DNA of 63,891 bases, filler included, from Ministeria vibrans ATCC 50519 (Eukaryota; Protista; Filasterea): assembly GCA_943704425.1 (NCBI GenBank). It is 11 parts of 11 records of this genome, joined end to end, with 100 filler letters (N's around TTAATTAATTAA, not from the genome) between each part and the next. Parts side by side here need not be neighbours in the genome. Positions count along the whole stretch, not along the records: positions 32,840 to 37,996 come from CALSCP010000986.1; positions 38,097 to 40,596 come from CALSCP010000572.1; positions 40,697 to 42,333 come from CALSCP010002417.1; positions 42,434 to 54,416 come from CALSCP010001535.1; 7 more parts are not named here. The stretch is one strand, 5' to 3'. This document shows, in pieces, positions 35,449-50,313 of this stretch. The notes beneath the pieces were generated by a model that did not search any database, had not been told where the DNA came from, and saw only the letters and a list, made by a program, of their open reading frames with translations. The stretch's first letter is position 1. Each line of letters opens with the position of its first letter. A program made the translations under genes and the position numbers.

Positions 35449-37899
35449 ATGAAACTGATCGCTCTTGTCACGCTCACATGTGTGGCAAGCGCGTTGTCTG
35501 CACCTGTACTCTGGCCACTGCCGCATGAGGTGAAATATACAGGGGGAACAGGTACAGCCGCAACAAAAGAACAGCGCAAACCAAAACAAAACTCGAGCGA
35601 ACTTCTCACCTCTCACCTCTCCCGTCCATTGTTCGGTGCAGGCGTTGTCCCTGTCAACCTTCGGCTGACCACGTCGGGAGCCTATGCGTACCCGCCGGAG
35701 ATCCTCGTGGACGCGTTTGCGCGGTACCACACGCTGCTGTTTCCGTCGGCGGGCTCGGCGGCGCTGTCGGACGCGCCCCTGCTCGATGTCCTCAACGTCC
35801 ACCTGGAGAGCAGCGACGAGTCGCTCAACGACAAGACCAACGAGACGTACACGCTCCACGTGGCCTTCCCCACCAGCTCCATTCGCGCTCACAGTGTGTT
35901 TGGTGCCCTTCGCGCTCTGGAAACCTTTGCGCAGCTGACCGCAACAACCACCCACGAGATTCCCGCCTGCATCATCAACGACGCCCCCAACTATGTGCAC
36001 CGCGGCTTCATGATCGACTCGGGCCGTCGCTTCTTCCCGATGGAAGCCGTCAAGAACATCCTTGACGGCATGTCGTACAACAAGCTCAACATTCTCCATT
36101 TGCACGCCTCCGACTTTTGCCGCTTCTCCATCGAATCCGACCTCTTTCCTGAGCTCACCGCCAGCCTCACGGGACTCCAGGTACACCGCCATAGCCCATA
36201 TCAATACCACCGCCGCAACAGCGATGGAATGATTGAACTTTCTCTTTGGTTCGGGTAGGGGGGATTCTACTCGAAACAGGACATTGCGGAGATGATTGCG
36301 TACGGTCGCGCTCGTGGCATCCGCGTCTTTCCCGAATTTGACGTGCCCGGCCACGCCAAAGGTACACAAAGTTCAAAGCACAAACACATTTCTCGGATGG
36401 ACACGGATCTCAAATCGCTCTCTCTTTGTGTGTGTGTGTATACTTAGGAATGAATCCGCTGATGGACTCGGGCCTCAAGTACTGCTCGTCTGATCCGGCC
36501 GTGCAGATCTACGACGATCCTGCAGGGTCGTCGCTGGATGTGCTGAAGAAGCTGTTTACCGAGATGTCGGGGCTGTTCCCAGACGAGACACTGTTTGACA
36601 TTGGGTGTGATGAGACGTCGACGGACAAGACGTGTTCACTGGACAATCTCAAGTCGCTCGAGCATGCCCTAGTGGAGTTTATTGAGACGGATCTGAAGAA
36701 GACGTCAATGGGATGGGAGGAAATTTTGTTTACGACTGGAGCAGCAGACAAGGCGACGGTGGTCAACGGGTGGCATCAGGAGGGCGCAGGGCAGATCACG
36801 GGCAAGGGCTATCGGGCAGTCGAGAGCTCGGGCGGTCACTTTTACCTCAACCATGTGGCGGTAGGACACTGTTGGAGTGGTTGTGGGGAAGGGGCGTGTG
36901 TTGTCATTCTGTTGTTTCTTGTTCTCTGTGTCTTTTGTTTTGTGCTCCATTGTTGTGTCTGTCTCTCCCTTGCTTATGTGACCGAGTTTGTGCGTGTGTG
37001 GGGTATGTGTATCCTGAGCCGCATTCATTGTAGACGTCGCCCAGTGACTGTTGGACTGACATCAGCGCAAGTGTCAATGCAACCGACCGCTCTCTGCTTA
37101 TTGGCGGTGAAGCGTCAATGTGGTCCGACAACTTTTGTTACATTGAGCAGGTCAGCGGAGAGGAGGAAAAAAAAAGCGAGAGAGAAACAATGCTATGTGT
37201 TATTGAGAGAGAAGCAAGTGATAGAGAGAGAGAGAAAAAAAATGTGATAAAGAGAAACAAAGTGGTGGAGTGGAGAGTAGCAAAGTGGTAACAAAGTGTT
37301 AGTGTTAGAAGGAAGCAATGTATAAATAAAATACCGTTGTTTGTAGTGTGGGGCGTTTGGAGGAAACCCGCCCAACGGACATGAGCTGTACGGACCCGCC
37401 GTGGACCCCCTGTTCTCCTCTGCGATCAACTCAATGATTTTCCCACGTCTCGTACGACTCATTGTTACACTCACAACACTGACCATGGTTTACTTTTGTG
37501 CAGAATTCAAGGAGACTCACTTTGACTTTCTCCGTTTAGAATGTCGCTGCTGGCTCGTTTTGGAACTACGACGCGTCTCTCTCTGCGTCGAGCGAGCAGT
37601 TTACCGCCATGTACCACGCTCACAACGACCGTCTTATTGCGCGCGGTCTCATTGCCTGTCCCAGCAATGTACCACACACACCAAAAAAAACCACTGGCAC
37701 ACAGTTGTTCTCTCTCTTCTCTTTCTCACACACTTTCCTTCTTCTCTCCACGTCACACACAGTGCTCGTGTGACGAAGTGACGCGTTGTGGTGTGCCGCA
37801 CATTCCGTCTCCTCCGACGCCCAAGCCTGAGAAACCCGCGCCTGCCCTTACCATGTCTTGCTTTGAAGCCGACGACTGGGTTGCCCACCAAACCTTCCA

Positions 37900-37900
<1 letters not shown>
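35449..37900 (+). CDS. Beta-hexosaminidase, GH20 (multi-exon, 3'-truncated)
   Basis: Signal plus LWPLP; GALRALETFAQL; INDAPNYVHRGFMIDSGRRF; NILHLHASD; GIRVFPEFDVPGHA; IGCDE; GGEASMWSD; IFPR. Confidence 0.93.
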
Positions 37901-37996
<96 letters not shown>

Positions 37997-38330
37997 NNNN
38001 NNNNNNNNNNNNNNNNNNNNNNNNNNNNNNNNNNNNNNNNTTAATTAATTAANNNNNNNNNNNNNNNNNNNNNNNNNNNNNNNNNNNNNNNNNNNNAAAA
38101 AAAAAAAAAAAAAAAAAAAAAACGCTGAAATCTCCCATCCCACACGCTCCTCTCACGTCCTCTCCGACCCTATTCAACGCCTTCCCTTGTCAGTGTTGGG
38201 GGCATTGGGCGCCCATGATAATTCGTTTTCTGTCTCGCTGTCGAGTTTACTCTTTCTGACAACGTTCGTTTCACATCTCACAAACGTCTTCTGATTTTCG
38301 ATTCGCGTCTGCTCGTCTCTCTCCTCCCAG

Positions 38331-39063
38331 ACGAAGCGCTGCTCTCTGCCCAACTGCAGCAGTGACACATGCTACGACTACCACATGGACAGCGATCGTC
38401 GACGACGTCCAGTGGACGCAGACGATCTCTTACTGTACAGGTAAGGCAAAATCATTTGACCAGCACCGCACATAGTTTGACCAAGTTGACGCAATAATCG
38501 TTTTTTTTTTACTTTCTTTGGAATGGATTCATTCTTGTTACAGCGAGGAACACTGTAAGTACTATGACGAGCATGGGAAGAACTGTCCCAAAGGAATCAG
38601 CTGCCGTTGTGCGCACACACGGCTTGAGGTGATGTTTCACCCCAATCGCTATCGCACCAAACTCTGTGCCAAGAGTAAGGGAAAAGATGAGAGTGGCTTC
38701 TTTCTCATATGTGTGTTGGGTGTATGTATGATTAGGTCCCGGGTGTCACGGCAAACAGTGTGCTTTTGCGCACAACAACGAGGAGCTGCGCATCGGGCGG
38801 AAACACAACATTGGCGAACCTGTGGGACTCATTTCACTCATTCGACCAGCCACGGTTCCCAAAGCAACTTCAGCCAAACCAACCGCCACCACAACAGCAA
38901 CCTCAACATTGCAACCACAACCAAAGACCAAGTCTGTTTGGAACACCACCCACGACTCCCCTCCGCTCCTGTCCACCGTCTCACCCTCTCGCTCTCACGC
39001 TGCCCTCGCTATTGGCTCCTCCTCTGCATCATCATCATCACCTCTCCCGCACGCCTCATCTTT

Positions 39064-39094
<31 letters not shown>

Positions 39095-40285
39095 GCTGCA
39101 GATGACTTTGATGTCTTCACCTTCAAAACCATTCGCTGCACTCGTCAGTCCTGTTCCAAAGCCCAAACGTGTCCCTTTTACCATTCTCAGGCCGATCGTC
39201 GGTAAACATAATGATTGCAATCTCACACTGGATTATTATCTCTGGCACCGTCGTCTTTTCTTTTATGTCTTTTTTCTCACTCTTGCTGTTTGTCTTAATG
39301 TCGCTCTCTACACATCTCATACTCTCACGCTCTCATTCTCTTCTCCAGTCGTGATCTTCGCGTTGTGCCTTACACAGTCGCAGAAGTGTGTCCCCCACAC
39401 AACCGCACCTGTGACGATGACTGTCCCCACATCCATTCTGACCACGAGTATCTCTATCACCCGCGCCACTACAAGACACGCGAATGCAAACAGGTAAAGA
39501 CGCAACTCACTCACTAAGTGACTCCGTGAGAGAGTGAAACTTATTCAGTTAGCTCATGCACATCCTACCACCCACCTAACCACTCACTCACTCACTCACT
39601 CACTTGCTCTCACTTAAAAATGTTTTTTTTTTGAGTTTGTGTGTGTGCGGGACTCTTTTATTTTTTGTGCATACTCATTCCTTCATTCACGATAGAAAAA
39701 GAACTGTGCTCGTGAGGGATTCTGCGCTTTCTATCACAACAAATCAGAAAAACGAATCGCAAGTGGTAACTCAGCTGAATTCTGCTGTATTAATTGTTCT
39801 CTCTCTCACACACTCTCTTTGTTTTCTCCTTCGCTTTCTCTCTCTCTCTCTACTTTCGTATGTCTGATTTGTTTTTTTTCAGATGACTTTGAAGACGAAT
39901 TTTATGAGCGGTCTGCTGACATTGCTAAGCGAATGGAATCGAAAAGCACGCATGCGCCTTTTCCCAGAGGAGTTGAGTCCTATGCGACACAAGCGTACCG
40001 AACTTCCGTTTCTCTCTCCTTTCTCTTTGCGTGTTAAACTCACTCGTCTTTTGTTGTTTTTTTTTGTATAATAATTATTATGATTATAGGAATCTGCACC
40101 AGAGCCCAAAAGTCCGTCAGAGTGCTCCTCAGTCGAATTTGCGCGCGCAAGGTACGAAAACGCATCACAATTCAATGATGTACGTATTGATATTGACAAC
40201 CTTCTTTTGTAGCTGTGAGACCACTTACTGTGAAATATGTTTGTGCAGTGTGTTTCAACGGGACACGCAAACAGTCAGAAATTAA
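38331..40285 (+). CDS. Unkempt-like tandem CCCH zinc-finger RNA-binding protein (5'-truncated)
   Basis: CYDYH..DRRRRP, CPKGISCRCAH..EVMFHPNRYRTKLC, CAFAHNNEELR, FKTIRC..CPFYHSQADRR, YHPRHYKTREC. Confidence 0.85.
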
Positions 40286-40696
40286 ACAGGTTACACAAAA
40301 TGAAAAAGAGAAGAGGAGAAATTCACATTGGATTGTTTGTATTTAGAATCGAACACGAGCAAACTGTCCGGTGTGCCGACAATTGGAAGTGGCGAAGCGG
40401 ATTGTGCGGTTGGATGGGAACCGATGGGTGGCAGCACGAGAGAGGGAGATGGGCGCAGATGGGATGCCGTAAGGAATATTATTTGGGGGTTAGAGTGGGT
40501 TTGTTTTACATTTATTTACGTCTGGGCTTCATTTTATGTTACCGTTGCAATATTCGGTCGGTTTACTCTTTGCAGTAGGTTCCGGTTCGTCGTTGANNNN
40601 NNNNNNNNNNNNNNNNNNNNNNNNNNNNNNNNNNNNNNNNTTAATTAATTAANNNNNNNNNNNNNNNNNNNNNNNNNNNNNNNNNNNNNNNNNNNN

Positions 40697-40977
40697 TGAA
40701 CACGGCTGTGCCTGTGCGCATTCAGATGTCGCATGTGACTGCGGGTGGCGCGGGAGCGGGAGGAGGAGCGGGTGGTGGCATGTCGGGCATGTCGTCGTCG
40801 AGCGATCACACACTGCTGATTGTGGGTGTGATGATCGTGCTTGCGTGTGTTGTGCTGTTTGTGGTGCGTCGCCACAGTGCCAAACAGCGTACCGTCAACC
40901 GTACATTGATGCAGCAGAACGAGCAGATGATGGCCGTGCTCATGGGCCAGAACAAGGCCCAGCACATTGCCATTTGA
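40697..40977 (+). CDS. C-terminal fragment of a single-pass membrane protein
   Basis: Gly linker, hydrophobic LLIVGVMIVLACVVLFVV, RRH stop-transfer, stop at 40977. Confidence 0.55.
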
Positions 40978-42488
40978 GTGAAAACGAAGCTGCTAGAGAG
41001 AGAGAGCGAGAGAGTGAGAGAGATAGAGGGATGAAGAGAGGGATAGAATCTCACTTCGTAGGGAGAGAGGAATAGTTTCTGAAGAGTTAACAAAAAGAGA
41101 ACAGAATTAATCAAGAAAAGAGACTACAAACAGCAATGCGCTTTGTAGGCAAGTGAAAAAGTGGAGAAGAAGTACGAGAGAGGAGAGAAAAAGAGGAAGA
41201 GAGGAATGAAAACCGACCGTGATTCTTTTCCATTTGTCTTGTCTGGGTTTAACAATCATCACCTTTTACCAGGTGGCCTGCAGGTCGTTGAGTTCTTTTC
41301 ACTTTTCAGTACGTCTGTCAGGTTTTCTCCACGTACTTCTTTATATTGTGGGGGTTGTGTGTGTTTTACTGTTTGTTCCTAGGTAGAACTTGTGAGTCAG
41401 TTCTTAGTCTTGAAACTTGCATTTTTTGTTGTGTCAATGGGGTACGGAGTAGTAAGATCACTGTGGAGCAGTCCGAACAAACATTTTTACATGGAGTGAA
41501 AATACACTAAATAATGTGAAGAAGAAGAATTCAAGAAGAATACAACCCATTAATTAATAATACAATGTGTCTTCGCGTGATGACTGTGGCTAGCAGAAAC
41601 ACTGCGTGCGATGCTGATTCGGTACAAACAAATTGATGGAGGGAAACAAAGTGATAGAGGGAAACAACGTGTGATTGAGATTATAGAGAGACAAAGAACA
41701 AAGTGATACAGAAAGGATACAGAAAAACTAAATGATAGAGAGAGAGACCAAGTGATAGAAAAAGAAACACAAAGTGATGGAGAGAGAGAGAGCGAGAAAG
41801 GCGTAGAAAGAAACGAAATGATATTTTTCTCACTGTTATTAATTTGTGTTGGATTAGTTTCATGAAATGGCACGAGTCACTTTGAACGCGCTGGCAACCA
41901 AACTTGGTCGAAATACGGTCCTCATGGGCAAACAGTACGATTTTCAGAACAGACAAAGAATATGAAGTTCATCACAGCTAATTTTGTCACTTTTTCCATA
42001 TGGATGCGTGTCTGTTTGCACTATGATGAAACTATGATATAGGAAAGCGACTGCAGATGCTTTTCTGTTTGGCTATCTGAGTGTGATTGCGGGGAGCTCC
42101 TTGCCGGTGGATGTGCTGCGCGAGTTGCTGTTGCAGCACTCGAATCTCTGCGCCTACACTGAGCGCATTTCTCAACTGATTAAATAATGCATAATTATTA
42201 ATAATAATAATAAGACTTCAATTACTAGGTTTCACACAAGTGCGCAAACTCTCTCTTTCTCTCTAACAGACATAAAAAGAAACAGGTTAGAGAGACTCCT
42301 TAATGCGCTGGAAACAGGCTTTGAGGCTGGAGTNNNNNNNNNNNNNNNNNNNNNNNNNNNNNNNNNNNNNNNNNNNNTTAATTAATTAANNNNNNNNNNN
42401 NNNNNNNNNNNNNNNNNNNNNNNNNNNNNNNNNATTAGACATTGGAACTTGTCGGTCGTCGAGGACGTGCTGATAAGATCCAGAGCAC

Positions 42489-45400
42489 ATGCATCGTATC
42501 ATGTCGCATCGCCATGCAGCGCGCGCGACAAGCGTGATCGCGTCACTCGCTGTCATTTGGCTGGTGCACCGCACACTGGCAAGCCCGCCCGCGATCGTCG
42601 ATGCGACGCGTCGTGACGGTGCGTTGACCTTCTTTACATGCCCCATGTTCGTTCCTTTCAACCTCAATTCGTCTCCGCATCGGATTACCTTTGATTTTTG
42701 CGTCGGATCTTTTTTTTTTCTTTTTTCTATTATATTCTTTTCAACGCGTCTCAAAATACAAATCTCTTCCGCGTCTTCCCTGTAGCTGTCCCGTGTGATT
42801 GCAGCCATCAGAATCCTGGTGGCGATCTCAATGCAGACCCATACGAGCGTCGGGAACGCCAGAATGAGCTCATTGGCAAAATGATGCAGGTGCGACGGCC
42901 GGTGGAGGCGGAGGCCAAGCGCACGGGCCACCGCGTGCTGGACGAGGTCGCCGAGCAGGAGCGGCAGGCTGAGGTGGACATGCTTCGTCTGCGTGTCCGT
43001 CAGCTGGAGGCTGCCGTCGAGAATGCCAAGATTGAGGCTGAAATGAAGGAGCAACAGAGCAAGGTGGATGCGTTGAAAGTGCAGGAGCAGCTCATGATGC
43101 AGCGGCAGCACGCTGCAGGCGACACAGATACGCCCGACCAGGAGCATGCATCGGCGTCAACAACCTCGTCTTTGATGTCAACCACCTCGACATCGACAGA
43201 CAGTGGCACAGGCGTTGATGACGTTGAACGTACTCTTCCAGTGGCGCCGCCAGCTTTGCCCGTCACGCCGTGTGCGCCTGTGACGGTGGCAATCATTGCG
43301 ACGGGCCCCAAGGCCTCACTCAACTTTGTGCCCATGTTTAAGTCGTTGCTCTTCTACCGAACACGCCCCATCCATCTTCACCTGCTGGTCGATGAATACT
43401 CCCAGCCGTCCCTTGAGCTGCTATTCAAAACATGGAACATCCCATACCTGCGCGTGAGCTACATCAACGCAACGCCCCTGCTCGACGAGGTAGTCAGCAT
43501 CCCCACGTGGCACTATGCCGGGCGCTTTCCCATGCTCAAGTTGCTGCTGGAGCGTGTGCTGCCCTCCGTGTCACGTATCATTGCCCTCGACATGGACATT
43601 GTGCTGCAGGCTGACATTGGGTTGCTGTGGGACCACTTTGGAGCGTTCTCCGACGAGTCGGAGGCAGACGAGTCGACTGCAGGCGTCAGCTCCGGTGACG
43701 ACATGAAGGCGCGCGACGCGTCGCTGTTCAAGCAGTGCATTGGGCTGGTGGAGAACGAAAGCGATTGGTACCTGGGCAAGCTCAAGGTGAAGATGCCTTG
43801 GCCAGCCATTGGACGCGGCTTCAACACGGGCGTCATGCTTATGCATTTGGACCGTCTACGCGCGCTCCGCTTCAACGATCTCTGGCACGACGTCACGCGC
43901 GCCGTCTTTGCAACACGCTCGCCCAAACTGCGCAAGACCCATCTGGCGGACCAGGACATCATCAACGCACTTGTCAAAACCCATCCCGCTCTGCTCTACC
44001 GCCTTCCCTGTGAGTGGAACGTCCAGCTCAGCGACAACAGCAAAGCGCACGAGTCGTGTGTCGTAAAATCGGGTCGAGTGGGAGTAAGAAAGAGATTGTG
44101 CACAATAACATAACAAAAAACACGGATTACTCTGAATGACTTCATTTATTGTGTTCTTAAAATCTTAGGTGATCCACTGGAACTCGCCGCACAAGATACA
44201 CGTACGCAACGTAACCAACCTGGAATACTATCGACAGAAACACGAGTTCTTCGTGGAGTACAACGGAGACCATTTGCGTGAGACCATGATCGATTGCCCC
44301 ACAGCTGCAATGACTCGTCCTGCTGATGAACATGGTGCTTATACGCCTCTGGTTGGGTCGGTTCATGTGCCCTGGCTAGTACATGGGCGGGTGTCTGCGG
44401 CGCAGGCACGTGCAGACGAGCAGGCCATGCGCGCACGGCCCGACGAGTGCTATGAGTACCGCCACGCAGTGTACACCCTCTTCCGCACACACGTCAATTA
44501 CTTTCCCGTCGACATGAGCGATGCGGCTGCGTCACCTACGGCTATCACGCTTGTCGCACAGCTGTCTATGGACCGTCTGAACATGATTGAGAGCATTGTG
44601 CACAAGTGGAAAGGGCCCATCTCAATGAGTGTGTTTGCCTCGGACGCAGACCTCCCTGTACTCGAACAGTACCACAACAACTCCCAGGCACTGCGAGAGC
44701 GCACCAACATTGCCATTCACATTGTGTTCCGGCGCGGAGGTCACTACCCCGTCAACTACATGCGCAACGTGGCCCTCTCGCACGCCCGCTCGCCCTTTGT
44801 CTTTCTCGTCGACATTGACTTTGTGCCCAATCCGGGTGCGTATGCCTATCTCACCCGCATTGTCCTTCGCGAAATGGCCCAGAAGTCCGATGGTCGTGTC
44901 GCACTTGTGGTCCCCGCCTTTGAGACACTCCGCTACAAGTTTCAGTTCCCACACAACAGAAAAGCACTGTACGTATACCACAATAATAATATTTATTTGA
45001 TGTTACCATTTCCATGCATGGGGGGACGGTACAATACAATATATCAATATCCTGAGGTGCAATAATTTTGTAGGTACACCATGATGGACGAAGGAAAGAT
45101 ATTGCGGTTCCGCGAAAACGAATGGCCGGCGGGCCATGCGCCCACCAACTACACGCGACTACGCTCCGCAACCACACCGTATGCTATCCAGTGGGCCAAG
45201 GACTTTGAGCCGTACGTGGTCCTTTCGCGCTCTCTTGCGCCCCACTACGACGAGCGCTTTGTGGGCTTTGGCTGGAACAAAGTACTGATGATCCAGCCAG
45301 CGTGACTCATGATCATTAATGTGTTATGGTTTTCCCCCTTGCTCTTCTTGTAGGTATCACACATATACAATTTGATGCGGCTGCATTTCCGCTTTGTCGT

Positions 45401-45617
45401 TGTCCCCGAGGCCTTTATCATACATCTTCCCCACGCACCTTCCGTCGACATATCCTCCTTCCGCAAACAGCATCAATATCGAGTACGCGAGGTCAATACT
45501 ACTACTATTGTTTTGCTAATTTTTCCTTTTGTGTGTCTGCATGACCATGAATAGAGTTGTTTGGAGAATTTGAAGGCGGAGTTTGTGACTGACTTGAATA
45601 TGGCGCTGGATGTATAG
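42489..45617 (+). CDS. LARGE: LARGE-like bifunctional xylosyl/glucuronyltransferase (GT8 plus GT49)
   Basis: N-terminal anchor and coiled coil; [99 protein letters not shown]. Confidence 0.94.
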
Positions 45618-46222
45618 CAGTGAAGAATATTAATATATCATTTCTCTGTTTGTTTCTATATACGCCTCCAGCAGCCTGGGAGCACTCGGAGCTCGTATGC
45701 GTCAAACGCGTGCGAGTCTCCGGAAATCTTTGTCGTAAGTGTAGCGCCTCGTACTCATGACGTGCTACTTAGCAGCCCTGGTCAAAGTCCATGCATCATT
45801 CCTCACCCATTGCCGTTGACAGTCTGATCATCAGCTCCCACAGGAAGACCCGTTGCCGCTTGCCACACAGACCACAGCACGTCCCTTAAATCTTAATGTT
45901 AGATTGCTCTTTGACGCCACCAGCGACCGACTGGGCGAGCCTGTCTGCGCGTGGGGTCGCACACCTGTACGCCTGAGCACAACTGCGTTGTACACCTCTT
46001 GCGTCCTAGGTCAGGTCGACCCGGTTCCTGCCAATCACTTGCACGTAGCTCTTGGCCCTGTTTACCCCCCGAGCCTCCGCGTGCCGCAGTGGCCCTTGAT
46101 GCAATCCAGAGGCCATCCATCGACGTGCTCTCACGACACTGAAGACAGTTCAAACTTCAAACTTCAAAATTCCAAAGTATAGATATTTATTTGTAACATC
46201 CTTTCCCTCGTCCTTGACATCA

Positions 46223-47723
<1,501 letters not shown>

Positions 47724-47816
47724 CACACACAGACACCACGAGAAAAAAAAAACATACTTCTTTCTTCTTTCTTTCGTTCGACTTTGGCAAATTTTTGTTC
47801 ATGTTTTTGTGTATGT

Positions 47817-49732
47817 TCACGAGCGGGCAGACGGGGGAGGGCCCGGGGGCGGAGGGAGCTTGTTGCGCGTGCCAATAGGGGCGGGAGGGGGGCGAGTAGA
47901 AGTGCGAGGCATGACAGGGATTGCGCCGGCAAAGGAGGGGGCACCTGCCACGGACGCAGTGCTGGCGCTCGTGCTGCTGTTGGTCGTGGGTGTTGCGGCC
48001 GTGCGCTTGGCGCCACCACCCCCTGAAGAAGAGGCTTGCGAAGCAATAGCACCCTCAGCGTCGCCTCCACCTGCACCTCCACGACCACGACGACGGTTGC
48101 CTGCGCCTCCTCGCCCGCGGCGTGGCTGCTTGGGCTCCTCACTCTCACCCGAGTCTTCGTTTGCATTCCGTCCGGTGCGTCCGCCACGGCCCCTCCCTCG
48201 TCTCACAGCTGCTGTCGGCGCTTCATCGATGAGGGTAGCTTCAGCGGCAGTGTCGGAAGGGACTTCGTCAGCTGCCTTAACGGGTCTGCCGGAGCCGGGT
48301 GCCTGAGGGAAGGCGGACGACGAGGCAGAAGGAGTAGGTGCACTCGAGGACGCGGTTACAGGAGGTGATGCGGCAGTTACAGGAACAGAAACAGCATCAA
48401 CAACAGCAGCAGCGGCAGGTGCATCCTCTACGGGGACAGCGGATGTCTCGACAGCAGGCGTCTCGGTGGCGACGACGGGCGCGGGCGTCTTGGCGTAGAA
48501 GAACGGACTGGCAACGGCCGAGTAGACACGCGCACGCAAAGTTGCATAGCTGAAGTCACCAATGGCCGCGTCTTGCTTGCCCAAATGGAGGCGAGCAACG
48601 CGGTGTGCGGCAGTTGTTGTGCTCTGTTGCTCTGCCTCGTCACTCTCGAGCGCCTCCGATTGAAGCTCAGACAGTTGAACGGAGAGCGACAGCGACAGCT
48701 CGAGCAGTGCCGACACTTCCTCCTCGGACATGCTCCCGGCATTTTCTGCATTCAAAAAGTAGGCACGACCCTCGGCGGTCGAAAGAGCAGCAACTACAGC
48801 ATTGAAAGCTGCATAGGTTCGCACCGCAGCCGCCATTCCATTTTGCATCTCCACAACCTGACGGCGCTTCGCCTTCTTTGCTGCCTTGGCCTCCTAAAGC
48901 ACACGCCAATGAAGGGAATTAAGTAACTACGCTGTAAGATGATATACAAAAAAAAGGGGGGGGGGGTACCTCTGCGGACACTTGCTGAAGCTGTCGCAGG
49001 AGCGACTCGAGCTCCTCCTTCATTTCGTGCACACTCATCTTTTTCGTCAACGCCTCCAACTGCTCTTGCTCCAGCTTCTTTCCTGCCCGACGATCCTCTT
49101 CGATCTTGTCCAGCTTAGCCTACGGGCAAAGGAGAGACAGCGGGAATAGTTGTGTGAGCAGTGGGAAGGATTGGAAGACGCGCGAACAGTCGCGAGAGAC
49201 CAGACGGAGCAGCACGCCATCCCTGCCTAGCGACGCATGGGACATCACAGGCCACACGCACGCACACACATGTGTGTGTGGTTTGCTGGCCATCACGATG
49301 GCCCTTGACAGGGGCCGTCCAGACGCCCAGGGGACGCAGCAGGGACGGCAGCACGCCGCGCAGTGCGTGCTGCAGGTCGTCCCAACGAAAAACGCGCTGG
49401 CGTTGCCATCCGCCATCCACACGCGCTGTTGCCGCTCGCCCGTCGTGAAAACAACCATGCGCATCACAAACTCACGCATACGGCAATCAACTCCAGGATT
49501 TCGCTTCGATGTGAAGGAAATCAAAGGTCCTTCTTTTTTGCAGACGACTGAAGAAAAACAGAAGAAGGTTGTTCCATGGTTAGCTCTCCCTTCNNNNNNN
49601 NNNTTTTTTTTTTTTTTTTTTTTTTTTTTTTCTGTTCTTTACCAAACGCTTATTCAACGTTCTCAATCGCTTAGCGATCACATCAATATACGAGCACGTC
49701 TGTGCGTCTGCGGGTTTCGATTGCTTCTCCAT
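47817..49732 (-). CDS. Caprin-like RNA-granule protein (HR1 domain plus RGG-rich tail), 3 exons
   Basis: VIAKRLRTLNKRL|AKLDKIEEDRRAGKKLEQEQLEAL..; MSEEEVSALLEL; SYATLRARV..SPFF; RGRGRGG repeats. Matches the Caprin-1 architecture. Confidence 0.75.
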
Positions 49733-50015
49733 CGGAATTGGTTTGATTATTGTGAGATTTGTGACTACTTTTTTGTAGGAATTTGGTCATCGCTCCAAAA
49801 AATTTAAGACGTGAAAATAACCGGTTTGTTACAGCCTGAGGCATGAGAACCAAGAAGATCAGAACAACTTCAGTCTCGATATCGAGCATTCGAGTTGAAT
49901 TTCTAGATTGTAATTATTTAAAGACACTTAAGAGAGTCAAAAGTTTCAGACTGTCAGTTTGTGATCCGCTTTCTTAGTTTCTTTTGAATGAATTTTGATT
50001 AGAAATTTTTTTGAC

Positions 50016-50256
50016 ATGTCGGAGGACACTGTGTCGTACACGTCGGACTATCCGTCGGTGGCATCGGGCGACAGCTTCTGGGATGTGGGCAACTACCGGA
50101 GGGTCGTGGATCGCGTCAGTGCGGGTGCGCAGCTGTGCGACGACCTTGCGTCGTTGCTGCGCGACCGCAGCGACCTCGAACGCTCCTATGCAAAGCGCTT
50201 GGGCGCCTGGAGTTCCAAGTGGGAGCAATTTCTCGAAGAAAAGAGCAGTGGTACGT

Positions 50257-50313
<57 letters not shown>

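Noticed and set aside
41430-42190. Small spliced gene (..KATADAFLFGYLSVIAGSSLPVDVLRELLL..)
   Set aside because: Exon-like pieces exist, but I could not build a consistent phase-compatible model or recognise a family.
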